Assembly: GCA_951406725.2 (NCBI GenBank)
Contig: OX597839.1
Coordinates: 18,104,001 to 18,168,000, forward strand
Length of the DNA stretch: 64,000 bases
Direction of reading: 5' to 3'
Origin: Octopus vulgaris
Lineage: Eukaryota
A program made the translations under genes and the position numbers. Below are positions 1-13,631 of the stretch, in pieces; the stretch's first letter is position 1; each line of letters begins with the position of its first letter. A model generated the notes under the pieces. The model did not search any database and was not told where the DNA came from. It worked only from the letters and a program-made list of their open reading frames with translations.

Positions 1-319
1 AAAACTAAATATACATTTCAAACATGGAAAAATTATGTCTAGAAAGACATCACTTTGGAAAATAATTTTGTTGCTGTTGTCATTATCATTCTTCTTCTTC
101 TTACTATTATTATTATTATTATTATTATCATTATTATTATCATTATCATTATTATCTTCTGAGTTCAAAATTCACCAAGGTCAACTTTACCTTTCATCCT
201 TTCAGGGTCGATAAATTAAATACCAGTGATATATTGAGGATTGATGTAATCAACTAATCCCCTCCCCTCAAAATTCCAGGCCTTGTGCCTTTAAAAGAAA
301 GGATTATTATCTTTATTTT

Positions 320-780
320 AAGGCAGTGATCTGGCATAGTTGTTAGCATGCCAAGCAAAATGTTTGCCAGTATTTTGTCTGTCAACTACATTCCAAGTTC
401 AAATCACACCAAGGTTAACTTTGCCTTTCATCCTTTCGGGATCAATAAGAAAAGTATCAGTGAAACACTGATGTAGATTTAATCGACTTAACCCCTCCCC
501 CAAAATTTCAGGCCTTGTGCCTGTAGCAAAAAGGATTATTATTATTATTATCATTACTCTAAGGCAGGGAGCTGGCAGAATCGTTAGCATACCAGGCAAA
601 ACGCTTAGTGACATTTCATCCATCTCTACATTCTGAATTCAAACTTCCCTGAGGTCGACTTTGCCTTTCATCCTTTTGGGGGTCGATGAGGTTAGAGTTA
701 GGGTTAGTGGAGTTGATGTAATTGATTAGCTCCCTCCCACAAAATTTCAGGCATTGTGCCTACAGTAGAAAGAATTATTA
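320..780 (+). mobile_element. Tandem degenerate copies of tRNA-derived SINE family B, each followed by (ATT)n
   Basis: Heads aggcagtgatctggca/aggcagggagctggcagaatcgttagc, B-box-like gttcaaa, core ctttgcctttcatcctttcggg, tails ending in attattatt; a partial copy lies upstream at 157-310. Confidence 0.8.
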
Positions 781-2018
781 TTATTATTATTATTATTATT
801 TTATGTTTGACTTTTGCTTTACATTTGCACAAGTTGGCTCCAAGTCTCACCCAGAGACCTCAAGAGACAACAAGTTGGAAGTTCATGTTGGTATTATACC
901 TAGGGTGCCATATGTTTGGTTTTGTACATAGTGTTGTTCTAGAGAATGTTTCAGAAACCATAAGAAAATTATGTTTGTTTTAAAACTTGAGATTACATAG
1001 AAAGTATTTTGCATAGGATATGGGCAGTTCTTCTTCTAATTATTATTATTATTATATTATTATTATTATTTTATTATTTTTTTAAGGCAATAAGCTGACA
1101 GAATGGTTAGCATGCCAAACAAAATGCTTAGTTGCATTTTTGTCTTTTACGTTCCGAGTTCAAATTCCACAGAGATTGATTTCGCCTCACCTGTTTCCAA
1201 GCATGCTAATATTTCCCCATGGCCAGACATGTGTGCGAAAGGCTCATTCTAATCAGTATGAACACAAAACAGGTAGACTGTTTGGGCCAGATATGATCGG
1301 ATGAAACGCAAAAGGTTAGGGCATGAAGAAACTCTCATGAGATTTGAATAGTAGAAGACCTTTAGAGAAGAAACCTCACTCAAGCAAGTGTTTTAGCCCT
1401 TAATCTTTTTTCTGGGGCCAGATATCATATTCTCTTCTTGCCTTTCTGCTGACATTTTTTTTATCCATTTTTATATCGGAGACTTGCTGTGCATTTAAAA
1501 CATATTCTTGTACTTGCTTCATTCATTTGAGTGTGACCATGCTGGAACACTGCACTGAACAGTTTTAGTCAAACAAATCAACCCCAGGGCTATTTTTTTA
1601 AAATCTAGTACTTATTCTATCATAACTGCTAAGTTGTGGGGATGTAAACATACGGTTGTCACAGACAATGAAGATACACACACAAATATATACATATATA
1701 TATATATATAAGAGATAATGGTGTCATTGAGACCCAAAGATGTCAGGTAATGCTGAATAAGTGCTATAGACAGACCCTAGTTAAGTTCCAGATTCGGTAA
1801 TATTGCGAATAGAGGGTTCAATGTTGCTTCTATATCAGCGTGTGTATATAAGAATTTTTTGTGTAATGAGATAACAAAAGCAAAGGCTGTATAGATATTA
1901 GAGCATTTATAGTTAGATGGTCTAACATTTATACAGCCTTGGTTTTTATCTTATTACGCAAAAACATTCTTATATATATATATATATATATAAATATATA
2001 TATATATAATATAATATA

Positions 2019-2060
<42 letters not shown>

Positions 2061-2595
2061 TATAACGGGCTTTTCTTAGTTTCTGCCTACCAAATCCACT
2101 CACAAGGTTTTGGATGGCCTGAGGATACAGTAGAAGACACTTGCTCAAGATGCCATGCAGTGGGACTGAACTCGGAACCATATGGTTGGGAAGCAAGCTC
2201 CTTACCACACAGCCGGAGATTTTGCTGACAAGATCTAGCTGGAACTTCTCTCTGTTGCCTCTTTTCAAACATTCCTTGAGTTTAGAAATAACATTAACAG
2301 TCATGGTAGCAGTGAAACACTGAGTTGAAGAGCAAAAATAAAATAGACTGTAATTCGGGCACAAGGCTAGCAATTTTGAGGGGTGGGGGGCAGGAGGGGG
2401 TTTAGTCAAATCAAATGACTGTTATTTAATTTTATTAACTCCCCACCATTGGAATGCCAAAATTGACCATCCTTCCTAAACCTGAAATCACATGGCTTCA
2501 AAGTGAACTTTTTAAACAATCCAGCCATGCCTGCACCAGCATATATGCATGCATGTGTGTGTATGCATGTGTGGGTACGCATGTACCTCCATAAG

Positions 2596-2626
<31 letters not shown>

Positions 2627-4128
2627 GTCTATCTCTCTGTGTCGGTGAGTGACAAAATCTGGCTTAGCATCTGCTCTACTTTTAAGAAATGTGTTAAAAT
2701 TGGCATCATCGCAACAGAAGTGTCATTAAGTACACACTGCACTGATAAACATTCCTCAAACTATGTTTACTCAACTTGCTAAAATTATCAGCCAAATTTA
2801 TTCAAATCACAACCATGCCATATTCAAAAAAAAAAAAATTAAATAAATAAATGAAAATATAAAAAAAAGGAAGGACACATTGCATAATTTTAGCCAAATG
2901 ATCATGGCTGGAATGTCCTTTGCAATACATTGGCTCCATCATGGATGGCCTGGTGCTACACTACAATGTCCTTGATAATTTTATTATTGGCTGATATAGT
3001 TATATATTTATGCATTTGTCCATGCATGCATCATAGTGTGTGTTTGTGTGTGTGTGTGAGTGTGTTTGTTCACATATACATAGGTGCAGGCATGGCTGTG
3101 TGGTAAGAAGCTTGCTCCCCAACCACATGGTTCTGGGTTTAGTCCTTCTGTGTGACATCTTCTCCTATGGTAGAAGACGCTGTGAGTGAATTTCTACTGC
3201 AGTCAATGGAAGACTGGGCCAATGGAAACCTTGTCAGTGGACTTGGTAGATGGAAACTGAAAGAAACCCATCATATATATGTGTGTGTATGTATATATAT
3301 ATATACACATATCATCATCATCGTTTAACGTCTGCTTTCCATGCTAGCATGGGTCAGACGATTTTGACTGAGGGCTGGCGAACCAGATAGTTGCACCAGG
3401 CTCCAATCTTGATTTGGCAGAGTTTCTACAGCTTGATGCCCTTCCTAACACCAACCATACAGCTGGATGCCCTTCCTAATGCCAACCATGCCCTTCCTAA
3501 TACATATTCTTGTATTCTTATACATGTTTCAGTCATTTGACTGCAACCATGCTGGAGTACCACCTAAAAGAGTTTTAGTTGAAGAAATTGACTCCAGGAC
3601 TTATTTTTTGCAAGCCTAGTACTTATTCTGTGACTTTCTTTTGTCAAACCACTAAGTTACGGGGACATAAACACACCAACATTTGTTGTCAAGCTCTGAG
3701 ATTAGTTGAGATGCTCTGTGTTTTTTTTTCCAATTAATTTTAAATGTAACAAAGAATTTAGTAAAATAACTTAGTTATCATTAAGCTAGTGTTAGGAACA
3801 TAAATTGTGACTAAAGTTTGGTGGAAGATTTTAATTCAGAACTTTTGGAAACAAGACATTTGTACTACAGAGCCAGAGACGGTTTCAGGTGGGGTGGTAC
3901 CAAAAAGGTGAAATAGGATATAAAGTTTGCCTTTTGATATCAATACTGCTTCTATTGCTAATAGTTAAATTTTAATAAGCCACTGGCTATTCATAATTGT
4001 TGTTCAACACCAAAAACACACACACGTAAACATGTATATACATACTAAGATTCTTTTAGTTTCCATCTACCAAATCCACTCATAAGGCTTTGGTTGGCCA
4101 GAACAGTAGCAGAAAAATTAAAATTTAA

Positions 4129-4541
4129 AAGGCGGCGAGCTGGCAGAAACGTTAGCATGCCAAGCGAAAGGCTTAGTGGTATTTTGTCTGCCGTTACGTT
4201 TTGAGTTCAAATTCCGCCGAGGTCGACTTTGCCTTTCATTCTTTCCGGGTCGATAAATTAAGTACCAGTTATGCACTGGAATGGATGTAATCGACTTAAC
4301 CCTTTTGTCTGTCCTTGTTTGTCCTCTCTGTGTTTAGCCCCTTGTGAGTAGTAAAGAAATAGGTATTTCATCTGCTGTTACGTTCAAATTCCGCCGAGGT
4401 CGACTTTGCTTTTCATCCTTTCGGGATCGATAAATTAAGTACCAGTTATGCACTGGGGTCGATGTAATCAACTTAACCCTTTTGTCTGTCCTTGTTTGTC
4501 CCCTCTATGTTTAGCCCCTTGTGGGCAATAAAGAAATAAGA
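4129..4541 (+). mobile_element. SINE family B with a tandem second 3' part
   Basis: ggcggcgagctggcagaaacgttagc...gagttcaaattccgccgaggtcgac...gtcctctctgtgtttagccccttgtg...aaagaaat; the body is repeated from ~4362. Confidence 0.85.
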
Positions 4542-4829
4542 ACTATAGCAGAAGACACTTGCCCATGACGCCATGCGGTGGGATTGACCTTGGAACCATG
4601 TGGTTGAGAAGCAAGCTTCTTACCACACAACCACACCTGTGTCTATAGCTGTGTGTGCTTTTTTTTTTAAATAAGATGGTGGCATAGTTATTTATGGCAT
4701 AAAAGAAGGAAGTGGAAATAAGATATTTATCCATTACTTGGTTGTTGCTTGAGCTGACTCCCAATAAACCTGATCTAAAAAAAGGATTACAGGTTGTAAG
4801 ACAGAAAACGGGAGCAGCAGGATTTCAGC

Positions 4830-5161
4830 AGGTGGGGGGAGATAATGTGGGAATAAAGAGAGAGACAGTGAGAAAAGGGAGTAAGAGAGATAGATTAAGA
4901 GAATGGGTAAGTGGAAGAGACAGACTAAGAGAGAGAGAGAGAGTGGAAGAATGCAACAGATAGAAGGGGACAGACACATGCACAACATCAACACAAGGAC
5001 ACACACACACACACACACACAAACAAACAAGCTTTTTTCAGTTTTATGTGAATGGTTACATAAGAGAGAGTGAGAGAGGAATAGAGAGAGAGAAGAGAGA
5101 GACAATGTGGGAATAAGAGACAGACTGTAAGAAAGGGAGAAAAGGGAGTAGAAGAGACAGA

Positions 5162-5199
<38 letters not shown>

Positions 5200-5635
5200 G
5201 AGAATACAAAAGATGGAGTGAAGAAGATTGGGAAAGGTTACAAATCCGAGAGAAAGAGAGAGAGAGAATGTAGGAATAAGAGAGAGAGAGAGAAAAGGGA
5301 GTAGAAGAGAAAAATTATGAGAAAATGTGGGAGAATACAAACGATACAGGGAGATAGACTGTGAAGCATTACATAGGAGAGAGAGAGAGAGAGAGAGAGA
5401 GAAAGAAAAAGAAAGAAAAGGGAGCAGAAGAGAAAGATTGAGTGAGTGAGTGAATAGACGAAACAGAGTGAAAGATAGTATGTAAGGAATTACATGAGAG
5501 AGATATGATAGGAGAGCAAGAGACAGGTTGAGAGAGAGAGAGAGAGAGAGTGGGGGAATACAAGAGATTGAGATAGACAGTAAGAGATTACAAGAGAGAC
5601 AGAGAGAGAGAGAGGGGAGAGCGAGAGAGAAGGCA
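4830..5635. repeat. GA-rich minisatellite/microsatellite mosaic
   Basis: Unit aatgtgggaataagagagac...gagaaaagggagtagaagagacagattaagagag recurs at ~4845, 5105, 5265 and 5415, separated by (GA)n. Confidence 0.75.
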
Positions 5636-5637
5636 GC

Positions 5638-6810
5638 ATGACTCAAACACCTCCGCCCACAAACCACACACATAAAAGGTTCTGGTGGAACCTCATCAGC
5701 AATGCGCAGGAGCAATCTATCCAGCGTTACCCTACTGAGGACCTTTCCAGCAACAGCTAACAGACAGATGCCGCGATAATTATCACAGACATCCTTTCCA
5801 CCTTTAGATTTATGTAGTATCTCCATAGTTGCATCACACCAATCCAGAGGAACCTCTTCACTTTGCCAAACCCTCTGAATCACATCCGTCAACATTGTAC
5901 AGAGATGATCACCACCGTATTTATATATCTCTGCACCTAGTCCATCCATACCAGGGGCCTTTCCATTGTTCAATTTCCTGATTGCTGCTTTTATTTCAGC
6001 CAGGTTTCGAACTTGTACTATAAGATGTTTTTTTTATTGGTCTCTCAGGTATATTATCAAGAAAAGGGAGATCAACTTCAGTGGGTCTATTGGGCAACTC
6101 AACATGTTCTTTCCATCTCCCAACAATATCTTTAGGGTTTACTCTTTTACTTGTTTCAGTCATGTGACTGTGGCCATGCTGAAGCACCGCCTTTAGTCGA
6201 GTAAATCGACCCCAGGACTTATTCTTTGTAAGCCTAGTACTTATTCAATCGGTCTGTTTTGCCGAACCGCTAAGTTACAGGGAGGTAAACACACCAGCAT
6301 CGGTTGTCAAGCAATGTTGGGGGGACAAACACAGACACACAAACATATACACACACATACATATATATATATATATACATATATACGACGGGCTTCTTTC
6401 AGTTTCCGTCTACCAAATCTACTCACAAGGCTTCGGTTGGCCTGAGGCTATAGTAGAAGACACTTGCCCAAGGTACCACGCAGTGGAGCTGAACCCGGAA
6501 CCGTGTGGTTGGTAAGCAAGCTATTTACCACACAGCCACTCCTACGCCTATTTGTTAATAATTCTGTGCCATCCTTGCTCCAAAGTGGCGCAACCTTTGA
6601 TGAAACTGGTCTCTCAAGAGAGAGTAAAAAAGTTTGGAATTGTTAGCATTTGAAGCTTCTTGGATTTCATCGCCATCTATCACTCCACCAATTTTCCTGC
6701 ATCATCCATAGCTTCCTCTGCACTGATGCTTTTACAGCCTTGATATATGTAGCCACTGTCCTGTTCGTTGACATGTCAACATTTTGCAACACGTTAAATG
6801 CCTTTCGCTT
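5638..6810 (-). mobile_element. RTE/BovB-type LINE fragment (pre-RT region and start of RT), frameshifted and split by a SINE
   Basis: Translations NGKAPGMDGLGAEIYKYGG...VPLDWCDA...KGGKDVCDNYRGICLLAVAGKVLSRV, DIVGRWKEH and APLWSKDG are typical RTE ORF motifs. Confidence 0.88.
6139..6550 (-). mobile_element. Full-length SINE family A inserted in the RTE fragment
   Basis: Reverse complement of aggcgtaggagtggctgtgtggtaaatagcttg...ccttgggcaagtgtcttc...(TA)n...gactgaaacaagtaaaagagt. Confidence 0.9.
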
Positions 6811-6920
6811 TTCCTCTAACCCTAACCCTAAAACCCTAACCCATCAAAGGGCGGAGGAACTACAATGTAGTCAATGGCCATTCAACTATGTGTATTTGTG
6901 GAGTGTTTGTGTGTGTATAT

Positions 6921-7900
6921 ACTCTTACTCTTTTACTTGTTTCAGTCATTTGACTGTGGCCATGCTGGAGCACCGCCTTTAGTCAAGCAAATCGACCCTA
7001 GGACTTATTCTTTGCAAGCCTAGTACTTATTCTTTTGGTCTCTTTTGCCGAACCGCAAAGTTACAGGGACATAAACACACCAGCATCGGTTGTCAAGTGA
7101 TGTTTGGGGGGGGGAGCAAACACAGACACAGAACCATATACACACATACATATATATACGTATATACGACGGGGTTCTTTCACTTTCTGTGTGTATTGTA
7201 TATATTGCATTTCAGCATGTGTGTGTACATATTGTATATTGTGATTTTAAATTGTATATATTGTATATTTAAATTGTATGTCAATCTTATTTTTAATTTT
7301 ACTCACTTTTATCTCAATTTTTAATTCGTGTTTATTTCTCTTATTTTGGTTTTTTTCTTCTTTTTTCTTTTAATAAATAGATGAGAGGTGGATAGAGCTC
7401 CTCTATTTACCTATGCCATAGCAAAAGCAGTCTATCTAGGAAAAAAGTAACTGTCAATTTAAATACTTCACTGGTGTCTTGTAGTTAGCCTTGGGTTGGG
7501 CAAAGACTGGGAGAAGGACACTCTCAAATAAAACCTGCGACTGCAAATGCACCCAATGATGGCGACTTGCCCTTCTTTTTGGATCATGCTTTGCAGTCAA
7601 CAAAACCAAAAACAAACAATACACGAAATAAAAAATATAAAATGGGGACGTAAACACACCAGCATCAGTTGTCAAGTGATGTTGGGGGGACCAAAAACAG
7701 ACACACAAATATATACACACACACACATACATATATATGACGGGCTTCTTTCAGTTTCAGTCTACCAAATCCACTCACAAGGCTTTGGTTGGCACGAGGC
7801 TATAGTAGAAGTCATTTGCCCAAGGTGCCACATAATGGGACTGAACCCGGAACCATGTGGTTGGAAAGCAAGCTACTTACCACACAGCCACTCCTACGCC
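6921..7900 (-). mobile_element. Two partial SINE A copies flanking an unrelated insert
   Basis: 3' part at 6921-7185; a second copy restarts at ggggacgtaaacacacc (7643) and runs to its head at 7900. Confidence 0.75.
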
Positions 7901-7926
7901 TATTATGCATACATATGTTTATATGT

Positions 7927-7973
<47 letters not shown>

Positions 7974-8235
7974 GGCTGGGATTTCATTATTTTCTTCCTT
8001 TTTTGCCATACATAGGTTACAAATTCTGTTTGTTTGTGGAGACTTTTTATTAGAAGAAATAGTGATCAATTTGACTGCTATTTCTAATATTTTCGGTATG
8101 TGGTTTTGAGCAACTTGTAATTAACCCTTAATTATAATTATTATAACCCTTACCAAATATGGTCTTTTCCATACCGATAAATCTACTAGGTGAAATTTAT
8201 TAATTTTATTAAATTAATTATATTCCACCCTTTTT

Positions 8236-8283
<48 letters not shown>

Positions 8284-8549
8284 TACATATATACACACAC
8301 ACACGCATCTATAAACACACCACACACACACCTATGTGAATTAAACAAAAGGCTTCCATACAGTGAGTGTTCACTAATTCTAGATAAAAGGCATTGCTTG
8401 GTCCGTGGTTACTGTCTGCGACATTTGTTGTCCAAGGTCTCACACAGGAGGATAGAAAGAAAAGCCACCCAGTTATGAAGCAAATTCACAATATCTCCAT
8501 ACAGCCATGCCATAAGCTGTGCTTATACACATCCATACCAGTCTCTTAC

Positions 8550-8623
8550 TGTAAACAAATACTAATATATTCGGTAGAGCTGTACTTGTTTATCGAGTGT
8601 CTTGATTGACGATCCTGGTGAAA
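8550..8623 (-). other. Candidate 74-nt internal exon (possibly 5' UTR) of a minus-strand gene
   Basis: Non-repetitive island; on the minus strand, acceptor cccctgtgtaattgtttcAG and donor ACA|GTAAGA; only one frame is open. Confidence 0.35.
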
Positions 8624-9607
8624 CTGAAACAATTACACAGGGGAAGAATCATGTCAGTTATTTAAAACACAAACACATACATATATATTTATCTATATAT
8701 ATATACTGTTATAGTCACTTTTTTTAACTTTTATATCATGCTAGTATATATAGACACACAGCCAAACACACACAAACTATAATGCCACAAAAATGTTGTC
8801 CGACAACTAAAACTTGGTCAGTGATGCAAAGATGCATAGGAATTGTGTCAATGAATGGGTGGTTGATGGATGATAAGAATTCTTTTAATGCTTTATATTA
8901 TACAAGTACTAAAGGTGGTGAACTGACAGAATCATTAGCGCACCGGGTAAAATACTTAGCAGCATTTCAGGACGTTCTGAGTTCAAATTCCACCAAGGTT
9001 GACCTTGCCTTTCATCCTTTTGGGGGTCAATAAAATAAGCACCAGTTGAACACTGGGGTGATGTAATTGACTCATCCCCTCCCCCAAAATTGCTGCCCTT
9101 GTGACAAAATTCGAAACCATTATACAAGTACTATAGGTGTGGCTGTGTGGTTAAGAAGCTTGCTTCCCTGCCATGTGGTCTTGGGTTCATTCTCACAGCG
9201 TGGTTTCTCAGACAAGTGTCCTCCATTATAGCTCCAGGTTGACAAAAACCTTGTGAGTGGATTGGGAGGGTGGAAACTGAGAGAAGCCTGTCAGATGCCA
9301 ACACTGCTGATGTTAACACCAACAGAACAGACTGCTTGTGAAATTAACATTCAAGTGGCTGAATACTCCACAGGCATGAATACTCTTAATGTAGTTCTCA
9401 GGGATACTCAGCATGATACAGAAGATGGCCCTTTGAAATACAGGAACTACTCATTTTTGCCAGCTGAGTGGACTGGAGCAACATGAAATAAAGTGTCTTG
9501 CCAGGTATTGAACTCAAGACCTTTTGATTGTGAGCCAAATACTCTAACCACTTAGACATAAGCCTTCACAGATGGCTACTACCATTTATAAAACAAAAGT
9601 CAATAAT

Positions 9608-9958
9608 AGGTGCAGGAGTGGCTGAGTGGTAAAAAGCTTGCTTCTCAAGCACATGCTTCCAGGTTCAGTCCCACTGCGTGGCACCTTGGGCAAGTGTCTT
9701 CTACTATAGCCTTGGGCCGACCAAAACCTTGTGAATGGATTTGGTAGGTGGAAACTGAAAGAAGCCCATCGTCTAGATATACATATACACGTGTGTCTGT
9801 ACCCCACCATCACTTGACAACCAATGGTGTATTTCCACCTCTGTAACTTAGCAGTTCGGCAAAAGAGACTGATAGAATAAGTCCTGAGGCCAATTTCTCC
9901 TACAAAGGTGGTGCTCCAGCAAGGCCACCATTAAATGACTGGAACAAGTAAAAGAATA
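9608..9958 (+). mobile_element. SINE family A
   Basis: ggtgcaggagtggctgagtggt head through gactggaacaagtaaaagaat tail. Confidence 0.85.
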
Positions 9959-10409
9959 ACAATTGTATACACGTGTGTGTGTGTGTGTGTGTGTGTGTTT
10001 AATTAGCTATGATTCCACCACAGTGTAAATACTAATTTATTTTCTGAGTAAATAAATGAAATATTATTAATTTATGGTTTATATATAAATGAAAAAGAAA
10101 AACGCTTAAGTGCAGACAAATGTCAACAAACAAACTAACACAGTAGAACTGACATTTGAGGATTCAGTGTAGCATTGTAGCAGACATCTGCCAGACTGGC
10201 GCCATAATTAATGAAATGAATGGAAGGAACATTCAAAAGATCAGGCAGAGGCGTGGCTGTGTAATGAGAAGTTTGCTTCCCAACCACAGGGTTTTGGGTT
10301 CAGTCCCACTGTGTGGCATCTTGGGCAGGTGTTTTCTACTATGACCCCAGGTCAATTAAAGCCATGTGAGTGGATATGGTAGGTGGAAACTGAAAGAAGC
10401 CCATTGTAT

Positions 10410-10800
10410 GTAGGAGGGGATGCTGAAAAGTTCCTGGTTTTAAGGGTATCGTGAAAGGCCTAGCTGGAGACCTAACTTTCCAAGTTCTTTTAAAAGGCTT
10501 AGAAAAACTGAAGGACCACTTCAATATGTGAATCTGAGAGGGAAATATGTTGATGGAAACTGAAGAAAGCCCATTGTATGAAGGAGGGGATGCTGAAAAG
10601 TTCCTGTTTTTAAGGGTATCATGAAAGGCCTGGTTGGAGTCCTAACCTTCCAAGTTCTTTTTCAGGGCTTAGAAAAACTGAAGGACCATTGCAACAAGTG
10701 TAAATGTGAGAGGGGAATATGTTGAATAAAATTATAATTAATTGATCCTGCTGTATTTTCTTTTACCTGAAACCAGGAACTTTTCGGCAACCTCTTGTAT
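10410..10800. mobile_element. Tc1/mariner-type MITE with tandem partial duplication, inside a SINE A
   Basis: TIR taggaggggatgctgaaaagttcctgg ... ccaggaacttttcggcaacctcttgta; the first ~170 bp are duplicated. Confidence 0.75.
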
Positions 10801-11271
10801 ATGTGTGTAATAAAAAGTTTGCTTCCCAATCACATAGTTACACGTTCAGTTCCATTGTGTGGTACCTTGAGTATGTGTCGTTCTATTTTTTTTTTAAACA
10901 AGTAGGGTGTGATTCAAGGGAGATTTGTCTAGCCTTTATAGCATGTTGTATGTCTCCAGAGAGGTTCCTGGTTCGGTGCATTTACAAGTTGTTGCTTAGC
11001 CAGAGAACAACCCTCATCAAGTAGAAATAGAGTCAAATGTGCTCCAGCTGTGACCATCCTGTTGTATTTTCAAGCGCTGTATACCTAAGATCACATTATC
11101 CAGTGTGTTCCTTTTTATAACACAGTAGGATGTGAGGCAAGAAAAAATTTGCCTGCTATTTCTAGCATTTCACAGGTGGATCCTTGGCAAGGCTTAGCAC
11201 TTGGTAACCACCTGAATCTGGGTGAAGTTGAAATCATGGGATGGAACATAACAGATGTAAATTATTTCAAC

Positions 11272-11650
11272 AGATGGAGTGGCTGTGTGGTAAGTAGCTT
11301 GCTTATAAACCACATGGTTCCGGGTTCAGTCTCACTGCGTGGCACCTTGGGCAAGTGTCTTCTACTATAGCCTCGAGCCAACCAAAGCCTTTTGAGTGGA
11401 TTTGGTAGACAGAAACTGAAAGAAGCCCATCGTAAATATGTATATATATGTATGTATGTGTGTATATGTTTGTGTGTCTGTGTTTGTCCCCCAACATCAC
11501 TTGACAACCAATGGTGGTGTGTTTATGTCCCCGTAACTTAGCGGTTCGGCAAAGAGACCAATAGAATAAGTACTGGGGTCGATTTGCTCGACTAAAGGCG
11601 GTGCTCCAGCATGGCCACAGTCAAATGACTGAAACAAGTAAAAGAGTAAA
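11272..11650 (+). mobile_element. SINE family A
   Basis: Head, ccttgggcaagtgtctt core, internal microsatellite and (AAAAGAGT)2 tail. Confidence 0.88.
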
Positions 11651-12400
11651 AGAGATGAACTTACTGAGTCAATGATGAATATCATCAGATGCTGAGTGGA
11701 TGAAGACAACAAACTGTCAATGGTCAGGATCAACCAGTTCAGTTAGCAAACTACTGCTATCTTAGGTAGTCATTTAGCTATTAATAGACCAATGTGACTA
11801 ACTGATGTGGACAAGTTGCTCAACCAGATGGTAATGATTTTGAGCAGGTTGAACGACCATGCAGAGGCTTCCACTTTACCTTACGGTTGTGTTGCTATCC
11901 CCATCAAACAGATTTATACTCAAAGTAGCTTTAGATTTGACAAATCCATTTTTTTTTTTTTACCCCAGATAGTTTATCTAGGACAGTAACAACAAACCTT
12001 CCTTTAACCTGGAATGTTTATCTAATTTCATTAATAACTCTGTTATTAGAGTGTCATTTACATCATCATCATCATTTCAGAGTTCTTTTACAGGGCTTAG
12101 AAAAACTGAAGTAAGGCTGTAATAACTGTGAATCTGAGAGGGGAATATGTTGCATAAAATCCTAATTAAAAATCTCCTGTATTTTCTTTTACCCAAAGCC
12201 AGGGACTTTTAAGCACTCCCTCGTGTATATAAAAATATATATATATATATATATATATATTACAAAAGATGCTGACAAATTTCTGGCTTCAAGGGTATCG
12301 CAAAGTGCCTGGTTGAAGGCCTAACCATCTGTGTTCTTTTACAGAGCTTAGAAAAACTGAAGGACCGCTGCAATAAGTGTGCGAATCTGAGAGGGGAATA

Positions 12401-12763
12401 TCTCTCTATATATAAATGGCAAAATGTCTGCGTGCGTGTCCTTTATACAAATCCACAATTTTTCAGTCAGAGGGCTCGCACTTTCTATGGTCGTTGAAAA
12501 CCGTCCAAGGGTGGTCGTGACATCTTTACATTTCCCCAGTCACCCAGCAAAGCCATTAAAAAATCAATAGAAGTGACTTTTTTGTGAATTTTCTATCCAA
12601 AACCCAATCAAAATGCCTGAAACTTGATACGCCAATTGAATGCCAGCTAGCTGTATGTGATTGGTCGGAGATTTGGACAGTACTCGCGTGTATGTGCGCA
12701 CGCACACAGCTGTATATGCATGCACTAGCACTATGACCCGGCAACGCCGGGTCATAGTGCTAG
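12401..12763 (+). mobile_element. Non-autonomous Helitron inserted into a mariner MITE
   Basis: 5' A|TC(tc)tatatataaa, 3' CTAG|T, GC-rich hairpin gacccggc-aac-gccgggtc, no TSD; the host MITE (ggggaata|tgatgtataaaatcataatgaactgatc) resumes after it. Confidence 0.85.
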
Positions 12764-13631
12764 TGATGTATAAAATCATAATGAACTGATCATCATCATC
12801 ATCATTGCCACTGATGCTTGTCACCATCGCCACCTATACCACCACAATCATCACCACACCACTATCAGCATAGGTTGGGCAAAACTTCTTCAGGAAGTAT
12901 TCTACGGTTAGTTGCCATTGCTGATGCCAAGCATTATTTTCCAAATAAAGTACTTCATTTTATTCCATATCTTTACTTGCAGAACGAACAAGCTACCAGA
13001 TTATTTTCATTTATGTGGGACATAAGCATCACCACCATGGCCTCCAGGACTTATTCTATCAGTCTCTTTACTGAACTGCTAAGTTACAGGAATGTAAACA
13101 CACTAACACTGGTTGTCTAGCCATAATGGGTGACAAATACAGACAGAAAGACACACACACACACATAAATATATACAAGCTTCTTTCAGTTTCCATCCAC
13201 TATGTCCATTCACAAGGTTTTGGTCGGCTTGAGGCTATAGTAGAAGACACTTAGCAAAGGTGCCATGCAGTGGGACTGAACCCAGAACATTGTAGTTGGG
13301 AAACAAACTTCTTACCACACGACCACATTCAGGTCCCCTACCAGCATGGGTTCAATAGGTCTAAAGACTGTGTTGGGCTCCAATGTTTATTTTTAACATG
13401 GCTTACACACACACACATGTATATATACACATATATGCTTGTATATGTGTATATCATTGTCTCTTTGTATTGACTTCACATAATAGTTTAGAATGGTCAT
13501 GAAGGCTGCGTCTTTTGTTTCTAGTCTTCCATGAAAAACATGTCTGGTCATGGGGAAATATTACCTTGTTTGGAAACAGCTGAGGCTTGGCTCCAGGAAG
13601 GGCACCAGGCTGTAGAAAAATTTACAGAAAG

